From an uncultured Actinomycetes bacterium (GTDB lineage Bacteria; Actinomycetota; Thermoleophilia; UBA2241), in the NCBI GenBank assembly GCA_963767005.1, contig CAVYCN010000004.1, positions 320,001 to 384,000 on the forward strand: a DNA stretch of 64,000 nt, given 5' to 3'. A program made the position numbers and the translations under genes. Numbering within the stretch: position 1 is the stretch's first letter; each line of letters opens with the position of its first letter. Below, one piece after another: positions 40,171 to 50,668 of this stretch. The notes below the pieces were generated by a model. It had not been told where the DNA came from and did no database searches. It worked only from the letters and a program-made list of their open reading frames with translations.

Positions 40171-40197
40171 GCCCGCGACGACGTCGCAAGCGACCCG

Positions 40198-40977
40198 ATG
40201 ACCGAGACCTCAGATCCCGCCGACCACGTCGCGCGCAACGCGGCGGTCTGGAACGAGCGGGCCGCCGACTTCGTGGCGCCCGGCGAGGCCAACTGGGCGG
40301 CCGCCGAGCCGAGCTGGGGCATCTGGGGCGTTCCCGAGTCCGAAGCTCACGTGCTTTCCGACGATCTCGCCGGCCTCGACACGATCGAGCTCGGCTGCGG
40401 CACCGCCTACGTGTCGGCCTGGCTCGCGCGCCGCGGGGCGCGGCCGGTCGGCGTCGACGTCTCGACCGAGCAGCTTGCCACGGCGCGCCGGCTGCAGCAG
40501 GAGCACGGCCAGCCGTTCCCGCTGCACGAGGTGAGCGCCGAGCACCTGCCCTTCGCCGACGAGAGCTTCGACTTCGCGATCTCCGAGTACGGCGCCTGCC
40601 TGTGGGCCGACCCGCACCTGTGGGTGCCCGAGGCGGCGCGCGTGTTGCGGCCCGGCGGCCGGCTGACCTTCCTGACCAACGGCACCATCCTGATGCTCTG
40701 CATGCCCGACGCCGTCGACGAGCCGGCCGCCGACCGCCTCGTGCGCGACTACTTCGGCATGCATCGCTTCGAGTGGGTCGACTCACCCGAGGTCGAGTTC
40801 CATCTCGGCTACGGCGACTGGATCAGGCTGCTGCGCGCCAGCGGCTTCGAGATCGAGGACCTGATCGAGCTGCGGCCGGCGACGGGCGCGGCGGCGGTCT
40901 TCGCCGACATCGTCGACCTCGAGTGGGCGCGGCGCTGGCCCTGCGAGGAGGTCTGGAAGGCGCGCAAGCGCGCCTGA
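40198..40977 (+). CDS. Class I SAM-dependent methyltransferase
   Basis: IELGCGTAY, GVD.S..QL, LPF.DESFD...S, EAARVLRPGG. Confidence 0.9.
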   Translation: MTETSDPADHVARNAAVWNERAADFVAPGEANWAAAEPSWGIWGVPESEAHVLSDDLAGLDTIELGCGTAYVSAWLARRGARPVGVDVSTEQLATARRLQQEHGQPFPLHEVSAEHLPFADESFDFAISEYGACLWADPHLWVPEAARVLRPGGRLTFLTNGTILMLCMPDAVDEPAADRLVRDYFGMHRFEWVDSPEVEFHLGYGDWIRLLRASGFEIEDLIELRPATGAAAVFADIVDLEWARRWPCEEVWKARKRA

Positions 40978-41008
40978 GACCGACGCGCTCGCGACGAGTC
41001 GCTCGCGC

Positions 41009-41857
41009 CTAGCGCAGCCTGCGTGCGGGGTTGCCCACCCAGACTTCGCCGGCAGCGACGTCGGTGCGGACCATGGCCCCCATGCCGATGACCGCGTCGT
41101 CGCCGACCGTGACCCCGTTGGCGATCGCAGCGCTCTGCCAGATCACGACGCGGCGGCCGAGGCGGACGCCGCCGGCGAGCTGCGAATGACCGGTGAGGAG
41201 CGAGTCTTCGCCCACCTCGGAATTGTGCGCCACGTTCACGTGCGGACCGATCTTGGCGCCGCGGCGGATGGTCGTGTCGCCGAGCGCGCCACGCTGCACC
41301 ATCGCCTGGGCGGCGATGTGCACGTCGTCCTCGATGACCACGCCGCCGATCTGCGGGAACGGCACCAGCCGGCCGTCGCCGCCGCGCTCGTAGCCCATAC
41401 CTGAGGAGCCCACCGTTGCCAGCGCGTCGATGCGCACGTTACGGCCCACGACGGCGTTCCTTACCCAGGCGCCCACCTCGTCGACCCGGCGGGCGGTCTC
41501 GGGGTCCGCATAGACCGCGGGCCGGTCGTCGGCAAGCTGCCCGAAGAACTGCGACACCACGTGCGCCATGGCCAGCCGCGGCTGCTCGCAGACGACGATC
41601 ACCTGGTCTGGTCTCGCCGGCTCGGCGAGCTCGTCGGCCGCCTCCGGGGAGCAGACCAGCAGGGAGCCCCGGAACCGCGCGGCGGCGCCGGGACGCCTGG
41701 ACCACGCGATGTCTCCGGGAGCAGCCTGCGTGTCGGTGGCGACCGCGCCGATCGGCGCACCCGACCCGGGCGCGCCGATCAGCGCCGTCGCCAAGTCGAG
41801 CTCACGCAGGTGCGCGACGATCTCGCTGACAGTGACGGTCGCTGTGCTCAGGGTCAT
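41009..41857 (-). CDS. LpxD-like hexapeptide-repeat acyltransferase
   Basis: PRLA, G.GY, FPQIGGV.IEDDV.I, RGAL.DT.I..G.KI...V..AHN, GNPAR. Confidence 0.85.
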   Translation of the reverse strand: MTLSTATVTVSEIVAHLRELDLATALIGAPGSGAPIGAVATDTQAAPGDIAWSRRPGAAARFRGSLLVCSPEAADELAEPARPDQVIVVCEQPRLAMAHVVSQFFGQLADDRPAVYADPETARRVDEVGAWVRNAVVGRNVRIDALATVGSSGMGYERGGDGRLVPFPQIGGVVIEDDVHIAAQAMVQRGALGDTTIRRGAKIGPHVNVAHNSEVGEDSLLTGHSQLAGGVRLGRRVVIWQSAAIANGVTVGDDAVIGMGAMVRTDVAAGEVWVGNPARRLR

Positions 41858-41927
41858 CTCCTCGTGGGCGCCGGCCGGTTCGCGATGCCCGACGAGCTCG
41901 CGAGTCGTGCGCGACGGGAGGTGGACT

Positions 41928-42236
41928 TCAACGCTCGCCGGCCTCGACCGTCGCTTCCGAGGAGCGGCGCGCCTCGTGCTGGGTCACTTCGATCACGTGC
42001 CGGTAGATCTCGTGCAGGGCATCGCCCGAGATCGGGCCCTTGTTGGCCCGCGACACGTAGGTGATGAGCCAGTCTTCCTGGGCGGGCGCGTAGACGTCGA
42101 TGTCGCGCTCGCGCTTGTACTGCCAGAGCTGGCCGACCAGCTTGATGCGCTTGTTGAGCAGCTCGACGAGCTTGAGATCGTTGTCGGAGATCTTCTCGCG
42201 GAACTGCTTGATGACGGGGTCGCTCTCGACGCTCAT
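41928..42236 (-). CDS. Chorismate mutase type II (AroQ)-like protein
   Basis: R.KI...D.KLV.LLN.R..L......YK pattern and N.GP; helical. Confidence 0.7.
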   Translation of the reverse strand: MSVESDPVIKQFREKISDNDLKLVELLNKRIKLVGQLWQYKRERDIDVYAPAQEDWLITYVSRANKGPISGDALHEIYRHVIEVTQHEARRSSEATVEAGER

Positions 42237-42314
42237 GGCTCCCTTTCGGGTGGTCGGGGTCTGTCGGGGGGTGGGGAGGCGGTGCCGGCTCGCCGTGCGA
42301 GCCGCTCGACGAGC

Positions 42315-42869
42315 CTAGTCGTCGTCCTCCTCTTCGTCGTCGGCCTCCTCCTCCTCGTCGGCGGCCTCGTCGGCGGCGCTGGCGCGGAAGTCGTCGGGGG
42401 TCACCTGGTCGAGGAAGTCGCGGAAGCGCTCGACGATCTCCTCGGTGTCGTCGACCTCGTGCTCGAACTCGATCGCGTTCTCCTCGATCAGGTCCTCGGC
42501 CGCGAAGATCGGCGCGTCGGTGCGCACGGCGAGGGCAAGGGCATCGCTCGGTCGCGAGTCGACCTCGATGTCCTCGCCGTCGCGCGACAGCGTGAGCATG
42601 GCGTAGAAGGTGTTGTCGCGCAGGGCGGTGACCGTGATGCGCTTGACCTCGGCGTTGAAGCGCTCGATGAGCGCGGTCATGAGGTCGTGCGTCATGGGCC
42701 GCGGCAGCTCGGTGCCCTGCAGCTTGATAAGGATGGCGGCGGCCTCGGGGTGGCCGATCCAGATGGGCAGGAACTTGTTGCCGTCGACGGTCTTGAGCAG
42801 GACGATCGGCTGCTTGCCGATGACGTCGAAGCTCACCCCGTAGATGACCATCTCATGCACCTCGTCCAT
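42315..42869 (-). CDS. Bifunctional nuclease (DUF151) family protein
   Basis: LPIWIG..EA.AI, PRPMTHDL, DSRPSDA.ALA.R, F..FLD.VTP.DF. Confidence 0.93.
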   Translation of the reverse strand: MDEVHEMVIYGVSFDVIGKQPIVLLKTVDGNKFLPIWIGHPEAAAILIKLQGTELPRPMTHDLMTALIERFNAEVKRITVTALRDNTFYAMLTLSRDGEDIEVDSRPSDALALAVRTDAPIFAAEDLIEENAIEFEHEVDDTEEIVERFRDFLDQVTPDDFRASAADEAADEEEEADDEEEDDD

Positions 42870-42932
42870 AGGGCTAGTATACGCCGCCGCCTCGCGTTTC
42901 TGACCAGTGACGACCGCCTCGCCGAGGCTAAC

Positions 42933-42962
42933 TTGACAGCCCCCCGAGGCCGAACCTACACT
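42933..42962 (+). promoter_or_regulatory. Housekeeping-sigma promoter of tRNA-Ile
   Basis: TTGACA-N18-TACACT. Confidence 0.75.
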
Positions 42963-42973
42963 CGCTGTCCCGT

Positions 42974-43050
42974 GGGCGCATAGCTCAGTCGGTTAGAGCG
43001 CGTCTCTGATAAGGACGAGGCCCCTGGTTCGAATCCAGGTGCGCCCACCA
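42974..43050 (+). tRNA. tRNA-Ile(GAU)
   Basis: Acceptor GGGCGCA/TGCGCCC, D arm GCTC/GAGC, anticodon loop CT-GAT-AA, T arm CCTGG-TTCGAAT-CCAGG, encoded CCA. Confidence 0.97.
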
Positions 43051-43129
43051 GGCCGCCGCCCGCACCGCCCCTCGTCGCTGTCGACCGGGCGCGCGCCGTC
43101 TCTTCGGCAGCCCGTGAGCAAGGAGCGCG

Positions 43130-43783
43130 GTGGAGTTCGACGCGGTGATCTTCGACCTCGACGGCACGCTCGCCGACACGCTCGGCGACATCGCCGCCGC
43201 GATGAACACCGTGCTCACGCACCGCGGCCTGCCGGTCCACGAGCCCGCCGCGTACCGACTCATGATCGGCCTGGGCCTGCGCAATCTGGTGCACGAGGCG
43301 CTGCCGGCTGCGCGGCGCGACGACGAGACGATCGCGGGCTGTCTCGACGAGATGACGGCCGAGTACCGCCGGCACCTGCTCGACCGGACCCGGCTCTACG
43401 ACGGCGTCGCCGAGCTCGTCGCGCACCTGCGCGACGAGGAGCTCGGCCTGGCCGTGCTCTCCAACAAGGTCGACGAGCTCACGCAGCGCATCGTCGCCGC
43501 CCTGTTCGAGCCCGGCACGTTCGACGTGGTCCTCGGCGCGCGTCCCGAACTGCCGCGCAAGCCCGACCCGACGACCGCGCTGCGGGTGGCCGAGCGCCTG
43601 GGCGTGGCCCCGGCGAGGATCGCCTACCTCGGGGACTCGGCGGTCGACATGCGCACAGCCGTGGCGGCCGCCATGATCCCGGTGGGCGTGACCTGGGGGC
43701 TGCGCGATCGCGCCGAGCTCGAGGCGAGCGGCGCCCGCCTGCTGCTCGACCACCCGCTCGAGCTGGTCGCTCCGTCGCGCTGA
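43130..43783 (+). CDS. HAD-family hydrolase (phosphoglycolate phosphatase-like)
   Basis: FDLDGTL.DT, LSNK, KPDP, GDS.VD, VTWG; AAGGAG RBS. Confidence 0.92.
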   Translation: MEFDAVIFDLDGTLADTLGDIAAAMNTVLTHRGLPVHEPAAYRLMIGLGLRNLVHEALPAARRDDETIAGCLDEMTAEYRRHLLDRTRLYDGVAELVAHLRDEELGLAVLSNKVDELTQRIVAALFEPGTFDVVLGARPELPRKPDPTTALRVAERLGVAPARIAYLGDSAVDMRTAVAAAMIPVGVTWGLRDRAELEASGARLLLDHPLELVAPSR

Positions 43784-43931
43784 CTCGGTCGCTGCCGGGC
43801 GTCGACGTGCGCGTGGTGGAGCGCCGACCGCACGGACAGCGCGACCACGCCTCGAGCGCAGCGGTTTTCGGCTCGGGCGCGCGGTGGTAGTGTAGCCGGC
43901 GGTAGCAACCAGATAAGCAAGCTCGAACGAC

Positions 43932-44081
43932 GGTCGCGCGAGAGCTCGCGGCGCCCCCTTTGCAGGGTGCGCCGGGCGAGCGCCGAAGGGGCAAGGCGAG
44001 CAGGTCCGCCGAATCTCTCAGGCAAGCGGAGCGCAGACCCGACGAGCCCCTGGAGCGCGTGCGGCGCACCGTCGACAGGGC
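43932..44081 (+). ncRNA. Glycine riboswitch: one full aptamer plus a 3' reduced (ghost) aptamer
   Basis: GAGAG...CGCCGAAGGGGCAA...AATCTCTCAGGCAAGCGGA; then CCCTGGAG...CACCG..GACAGGG; directly upstream of gcvH; -10-like TAGTGT at 43888. Confidence 0.88.
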
Positions 44082-44201
44082 CCGAATGGCGGCCTGTCGG
44101 ACGACCCAATCGAGGTGACGGCGACCGGTGCGCGCTGCTTGTGGCTTCGGCCAGGACGACCCCCCGTCCGCCACCTCCCACAGAAAGCAAGGAGGGGGAC
44201 G

Positions 44202-44594
44202 GTGGCCGACGAGAGCTATCCCGATGATCTGAAGTACTTCAAGGAGCACGACTGGGTGCGGGTCGCCGGCGACGAGGCGACCTTCGGCATCACCTGGTGG
44301 GCCCAGGACGCGCTCGGCGACATGGTCTACGCGAGCCTGCCCGACGCGGGCGCCGCGGTCACGGCCGGACAGCCCTACGGCGAGCTCGAGTCGGTCAAGT
44401 CGGTGGCCGAGATCTACGCGCCGGTGAGCGGCCAGGTGGTGGCCGCCAACGACGCCCTCGTGGCCGACCCCGCCCTGGTGAACGCCGATCCCTACGGCGA
44501 CGGCTGGCTCATCCGTGTGCGCCTGTCCGACCCCGCAGAGCTCGACGGACTGATGGACGCGGCCGCCTACAGGGAGCTGCTGGCGACGGCCTGA
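44202..44594 (+). CDS. gcvH: Glycine cleavage system H protein
   Basis: YP.DL.Y..EH.W, GIT..AQ..LGD, lipoyl motif ESVKSV, N.DPYG.GW. Confidence 0.95.
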   Translation: MADESYPDDLKYFKEHDWVRVAGDEATFGITWWAQDALGDMVYASLPDAGAAVTAGQPYGELESVKSVAEIYAPVSGQVVAANDALVADPALVNADPYGDGWLIRVRLSDPAELDGLMDAAAYRELLATA

Positions 44595-44634
44595 CGCCGG
44601 CCGGGCGGCCGCGAGACGAGGGAGGTACGCGCGC

Positions 44635-45994
<1,360 letters not shown>

Positions 45995-46002
<8 letters not shown>

Positions 46003-47521
46003 GATCCCGATCGCCGCCACACCGGCCGCCACCGCCTTGCACACCATCTTCGAGAAGTCGCGGCCCGGGCGCCGCGCCTTCAGTCTGCCCGACGCCGGTC
46101 TGCCGTCGACCCCGGCCGGCGAGCTCCTGCCCGGCGTCGCCCTGCGGGCGCGGCCGGCACGCCTGCCCGAGATCGCCGAGGTCGACCTGGTGCGCCACTT
46201 CGTCGAGCTGTCGTCGCGCGACTTCGGCGTCGACAAGGGCACCTATCCGCTGGGCTCGTGCACCATGAAGTACAACCCGAAGATCAATGAGCGCGTGGCC
46301 GCGCTCGAGGGCCTGCGCGGCCTGCACCCCTACGAGCCCGAGGAGCTCGTGCAGGGCGCGCTCGAGCTCATGGACACGCTCAGCCGCTGGCTCGCCGAGG
46401 TGGCCGGCCTGGCCCGCGCCACGCTGCAGCCGGCGGCCGGCGCCCACGGCGAGCTCACCGGCCTGCTGCTCGTGCGGGCCTACCACGACGACCGCGGCGA
46501 CGGTCGCCGCGTCGTGCTCATCCCCGACACGGCGCACGGCACCAACCCGGCCTCCGTCGTAATGGCCGGCTACCAGCCCGTCACGGTGTCGAGCGACGCG
46601 CGCGGCGGCATCGACCTCGAGGCCGTGCGCTCCCTGGTGACCGAGCGCGGCGCCGAGATCGCCTGCCTCATGCTCACCAACCCCAACACCCTGGGGCTGT
46701 TCGAGGCCGACATCGTCGCGGTCGCGCGCCTCGTCCACGATGCCGGTGGGCTGCTCTACTACGACGGCGCCAACTCGAACGCCGTGCTGGGGCGCTCGCG
46801 GCCCGGCGACATGGGCTTCGATATCGTCCACCTGAACACGCACAAGACGTTCTCGACGCCGCACGGCGGCGGCGGCCCGGGGGCCGGACCGCTCATCGTG
46901 CGCGACATCCTCGAGCCCTACCTGCCGGTGCCGGTGCTGCGCAAGACCGGAGAGCACGCCTTCACGCTCGACTACGACCGGCCCAGGTCGATCGGCAAGG
47001 TGCGTTCCTTCTACGGCAACTTCGGCGTGCTCGTGCGGGCCTACGCCTACATCCGCGCGCTCGGCGCCGAGGGCCTGCGCGAGGTGAGCGAGGCGGCGGT
47101 GCTCAACGCGACCTACGTCCTGGCCGGCATCCGCGACCTGTTCGAGGTGCCCTACGACCGGCCCGTCATGCACGAGTTCGTGGTGTCCGCCGAGCCCCTG
47201 CGCGCCCACGGCGTGCGCGCCCTCGACGTGGCCAAGCGCCTGCTCGATCACGGCGTCCACCCGCCGACCACCTACTTTCCGCTGATCGTCAAAGAGGCGC
47301 TCATGGTCGAGCCGACCGAGACCGAGTCGAAGGCCGACCTCGACGCCTTCGTCGCCGCGGTGCGCGCGGTCGTCGACGAGGCCCGCACCCGGCCCGAGCT
47401 GCTCACGGCGGCGCCGTACACCATGCCGGTCGGGCGTCTCGACGAGGTCGGCGCCGCGCGCAACCCCGTGCTGCGTCAGCGCTTTGCCGACGACCAGCCG
47501 GTGACGGTGACGCCCCAGTGA
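45995..47521 (+). CDS. gcvPB: Glycine dehydrogenase (decarboxylating) subunit B
   Basis: YPLGSCTMKYNP, QPAAGAHGE, AHGTNPAS, HLN.HKTFSTPHGGGGPG, EPTETES. Confidence 0.95.
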
Positions 47522-48279
47522 GCGTGACCGCCGCCGGTCTGACCAGCTTCGTCGAGCTGCCGCTGCGGGCCGACCCGGGGGCCGCCCAGATGCTGTGCGA
47601 CGAGCGCCTGCTCGCCGGGGCCGCGGAGCTCACGGTCCGGCGCTACGTGTGGGACCCGCCCGCGGTGTCGCTCGGCAAGTTCCAGGAGCTCGACGACGGC
47701 GCCCGCCGGGTGCTCGCGGCCGTCGGGATCGACGTGGTGCGCCGTCCGAGCGGTGGCCGTCTCGTGCTGCACGGCGCGGGCTTCGAGTGGTCGTTCGCCG
47801 TGGTCTGGCCGGCCGGCGCGCTGCCGTACGGCACGCAGGCGCCGTACCGTCTCGTGAGCGCCGCGATGGCCGGCGCCCTGACCGACCTCGGCGTGGCCGT
47901 CGACGCCACGCGCGAAGCGCCCTACACACGCTCCGCCCTGTGCTTCGCGAGCGCCCTCCGGCATGATCTGCTGGTGGCCGGCGACAAGACGGTCGCCGTG
48001 GCCCAGGCCGTGCGCCGCGGACGTGCGCTCGTCCACGGCAGTGTGCTCGAACGGCGTCCGCCGGCGGTGCTCGTCAGGGCGGTCGAGAAGGCCTGCGGCG
48101 AGCCCTGGCGCGGCGAGGGGATCGCGGGCGGCGGCTCCGTCCCCGACGCGGCCGCGCTCTGGGCGGCGTTCGTCGGCCGCCTCGTGGTGACCGGTGCCGG
48201 CGACGCCGGCTGGGCCGGGCTCGACCACGACGTGGTCGGGGTGGGCGTCCCGCCAGGTTCGAGAAGGGAGATGCGCTGA
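47518..48279 (+). CDS. Lipoate-protein ligase/octanoyltransferase (LipM/LplA-like)
   Basis: M..DE.LL, Y.W.PP.VSLG..Q, VVRRPSGG..VLH, CF, G.K....AQ, HGS. Confidence 0.8.
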   Translation: MSVTAAGLTSFVELPLRADPGAAQMLCDERLLAGAAELTVRRYVWDPPAVSLGKFQELDDGARRVLAAVGIDVVRRPSGGRLVLHGAGFEWSFAVVWPAGALPYGTQAPYRLVSAAMAGALTDLGVAVDATREAPYTRSALCFASALRHDLLVAGDKTVAVAQAVRRGRALVHGSVLERRPPAVLVRAVEKACGEPWRGEGIAGGGSVPDAAALWAAFVGRLVVTGAGDAGWAGLDHDVVGVGVPPGSRREMR

Positions 48280-49664
48280 TGACGTCGATCGTGGTGCTGG
48301 GCGGTGGCCCGGCCGGCTATGTGGCGGCGCTGCGCGCCGCCCAGCTCGGGGCGGGTGTGACGCTCGTCGAGGCGCGCGAGGTCGGCGGCACCTGCCTGAA
48401 CCGTGGCTGCATCCCGACGAAGGCGCTGGTGGCCGCCACCGAGCGCCTGCGCGCGGCGCGCGGCGCGGCCGAGTTCGGCGTGCTGATCGGCGAGCCGACA
48501 GTCGACCTGTCGGCACTGCTTGCCCGCAAGGACACCGTGACGGCGCAGCAGCGTGCCGGCGTCGAGCACCTGCTCAAGGGGCGCAAGGTCGCGGTGGTCG
48601 CGGGGGCCGGACGCCTGCTCGACGCGCACACCGTGCACGTCGAGCAGGCGTCCGGCGAGCGCCGCGAGCTTGCGCCCGACGCGGTGATCGTCGCCACCGG
48701 CTCGCGACCGGCGCTGCCGGCGGTCTTCGACGTGGCCGACCCGCGAGTCGTGACGAGCGACGGCCTGCTCGCGCTGCGCGAGCTGCCCGAGAGCCTCGCG
48801 ATCGTGGGCGGCGGCGTGATCGGCTGCGAGTTCGCGTCGATCTACGCCGAGCTCGGCACGCGCGTGACGGTCGTCGAGATGCTCGACCGCCTGCTGCCCC
48901 TCGAGGACCGCCGCGCCTCGGCGGCGCTCACGCGGGCCTTCGCGGGCGCCGGCATCCAGAGCCGCGTCAAGACGCGGGTCGAGCGACTCGACCTGTCGCA
49001 GCCGGGGCAGGTGAGTCTGGAGCTGAGTGAGGGCGCGGCCGTCGAGGCGAGCCTCGTGCTCGTCAGCATCGGCCGCGCCCCGCTGAGCCGGGGGATCGGG
49101 CTCGAAGAGGCCGGCGTCGAGCTCGACGGGCAGGGCTTCATCGTGACCGATCGCCGTCAGCGCACCTCGCTTGCCGGCGTGTTCGCCGCCGGCGACGTCG
49201 CCGGGCCACCGCTGCTGGCCCACTGGGCCTACCGCCAGGGCGCCGTGGCGGCCGAGAACGCGGTCACCGGCGCGGCCGTCGAGGTCGACGCCCGTTTCGT
49301 GCCCAACTGCATCTTCAGCCACCCCGAGGTGGCGAGCTTCGGCACGAGCGAAGACCAGGCCAGGGCGGAGAACCTGCCCATCGAGGTGGCGCAGGTACGT
49401 TTCAACGCCAACTCTAAAGCCGTGATAGAGGGTGAGGCCGAAGGCTACATCCGCATCATCACGCGCGCCGACGACGGTCGCGTGATCGGCGCGAGCCTCG
49501 TCGGGCCGCGCGTGACCGAGCTCGTGCACGAGCTCGTCCTGGCGGCCCGGGCCGGCCTCACGCTCGCCGACGTGGCCGACACGATCCACGCGCACCCGAC
49601 CCTCGCCGAGGCCGTGGGCGAAGCCGCCCTCGGCGGCGTCGGTCGCGGCATGCACACGCTGTGA
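48279..49664 (+). CDS. lpdA: Dihydrolipoamide dehydrogenase
   Basis: GGGPAGY, GGTCLN.GCIPTK, GGGVIG.E, HAHPTL.E. Confidence 0.95.
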   Translation: MTSIVVLGGGPAGYVAALRAAQLGAGVTLVEAREVGGTCLNRGCIPTKALVAATERLRAARGAAEFGVLIGEPTVDLSALLARKDTVTAQQRAGVEHLLKGRKVAVVAGAGRLLDAHTVHVEQASGERRELAPDAVIVATGSRPALPAVFDVADPRVVTSDGLLALRELPESLAIVGGGVIGCEFASIYAELGTRVTVVEMLDRLLPLEDRRASAALTRAFAGAGIQSRVKTRVERLDLSQPGQVSLELSEGAAVEASLVLVSIGRAPLSRGIGLEEAGVELDGQGFIVTDRRQRTSLAGVFAAGDVAGPPLLAHWAYRQGAVAAENAVTGAAVEVDARFVPNCIFSHPEVASFGTSEDQARAENLPIEVAQVRFNANSKAVIEGEAEGYIRIITRADDGRVIGASLVGPRVTELVHELVLAARAGLTLADVADTIHAHPTLAEAVGEAALGGVGRGMHTL

Positions 49665-50638
49665 CCGGCGCCCCCGAGCGCCCGGCCGCCGCGGGCGGCA
49701 ACCTGGACGGTCGCGCCGGCGAGGCAGGCGGCGGCGCCAGCGAGGCAGGCGGCGGCGACAGGATCGGTGGTGGTGCCGGCAAGCCGGCCTGGCTGCGCGT
49801 GCGGTTGCCGCGGGCGGCGCCCTTCAGGGCGACCGCCGCCCTCCTCGACGAGCTCGAGCTCCACACCGTGTGCGAGGCGGCGCGCTGTCCCAACCGCGGC
49901 GAGTGCTTCGGGCTCGGCACGGCGACCTTCCTCATCCTCGGCGAGGCCTGCACGCGCGCGTGCGGCTTCTGCTCCATCGGCCGCGCGCCCTTGCGGCCGG
50001 CGCCGCCCGACCCCGACGAGCCGCGCCGCGTGGCGCGCGCCGCCGCCCGTCTCGGTCTGTCGCACGTGGTCGTGACGAGCGTCACGCGCGACGACCTGGG
50101 CGACGGCGGCGCGGCGCACTACGCGGCGACGATCGCCGCGGTGCGCGAGGAACTGCCGGAGACGACCGTCGAGGTCCTCGTGCCCGACTTTGACGGCGAC
50201 CCGGCGGCGCTTGCCACCGTCCTCGCGGCGCGGCCGCGGGTGCTCAATCACAACCTCGAGACCGTGCCGCGCCTGTACGGCAGGGTGCGGCCGGGCGCGT
50301 CGTATCGGCGCTCGCTCGACCTGCTGCGGGCCGCCACGTCGGCCGGCGGCGCCGGCGGTCGGCTGCTGGTGAAGAGCGGGCTCATGCTCGGCCTGGGCGA
50401 GAACGGAGACGAGGTCGCCGCCGTCCTGGCCGACTGCGCCGCGGCCGGCGTCGGCCTCGTCACGGTCGGCCAGTACCTGCGGCCGGCCGACGGCTGCCTG
50501 CCGGCCGCGCGGTACGTGCCGCCCGACGAGTTCGCCGTTCTCGTGCCGCTCGGCGAGAGTCTCGGGCTGCGGGTCGAGGCGGCCCCCTTCGTGCGCTCCT
50601 CGTACCGCGCCGCCGCGGCGCTTGCCGGCTGCGCTTGA
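49661..50638 (+). CDS. lipA: Lipoyl synthase
   Basis: CEAARCPNRGEC, CTRACGFC, NHNLETV, GQYL.P, VRSSY. Confidence 0.95.
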   Translation: MTGAPERPAAAGGNLDGRAGEAGGGASEAGGGDRIGGGAGKPAWLRVRLPRAAPFRATAALLDELELHTVCEAARCPNRGECFGLGTATFLILGEACTRACGFCSIGRAPLRPAPPDPDEPRRVARAAARLGLSHVVVTSVTRDDLGDGGAAHYAATIAAVREELPETTVEVLVPDFDGDPAALATVLAARPRVLNHNLETVPRLYGRVRPGASYRRSLDLLRAATSAGGAGGRLLVKSGLMLGLGENGDEVAAVLADCAAAGVGLVTVGQYLRPADGCLPAARYVPPDEFAVLVPLGESLGLRVEAAPFVRSSYRAAAALAGCA

Positions 50639-50668
50639 GCGGGCCGCCGGCGGCGCGGCGCCCGCGCG

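Noticed and set aside
42974-43050. tRNA-Ile as an island integration site
   Set aside because: No integrase and no duplicate of the tRNA 3' end was found in the window.
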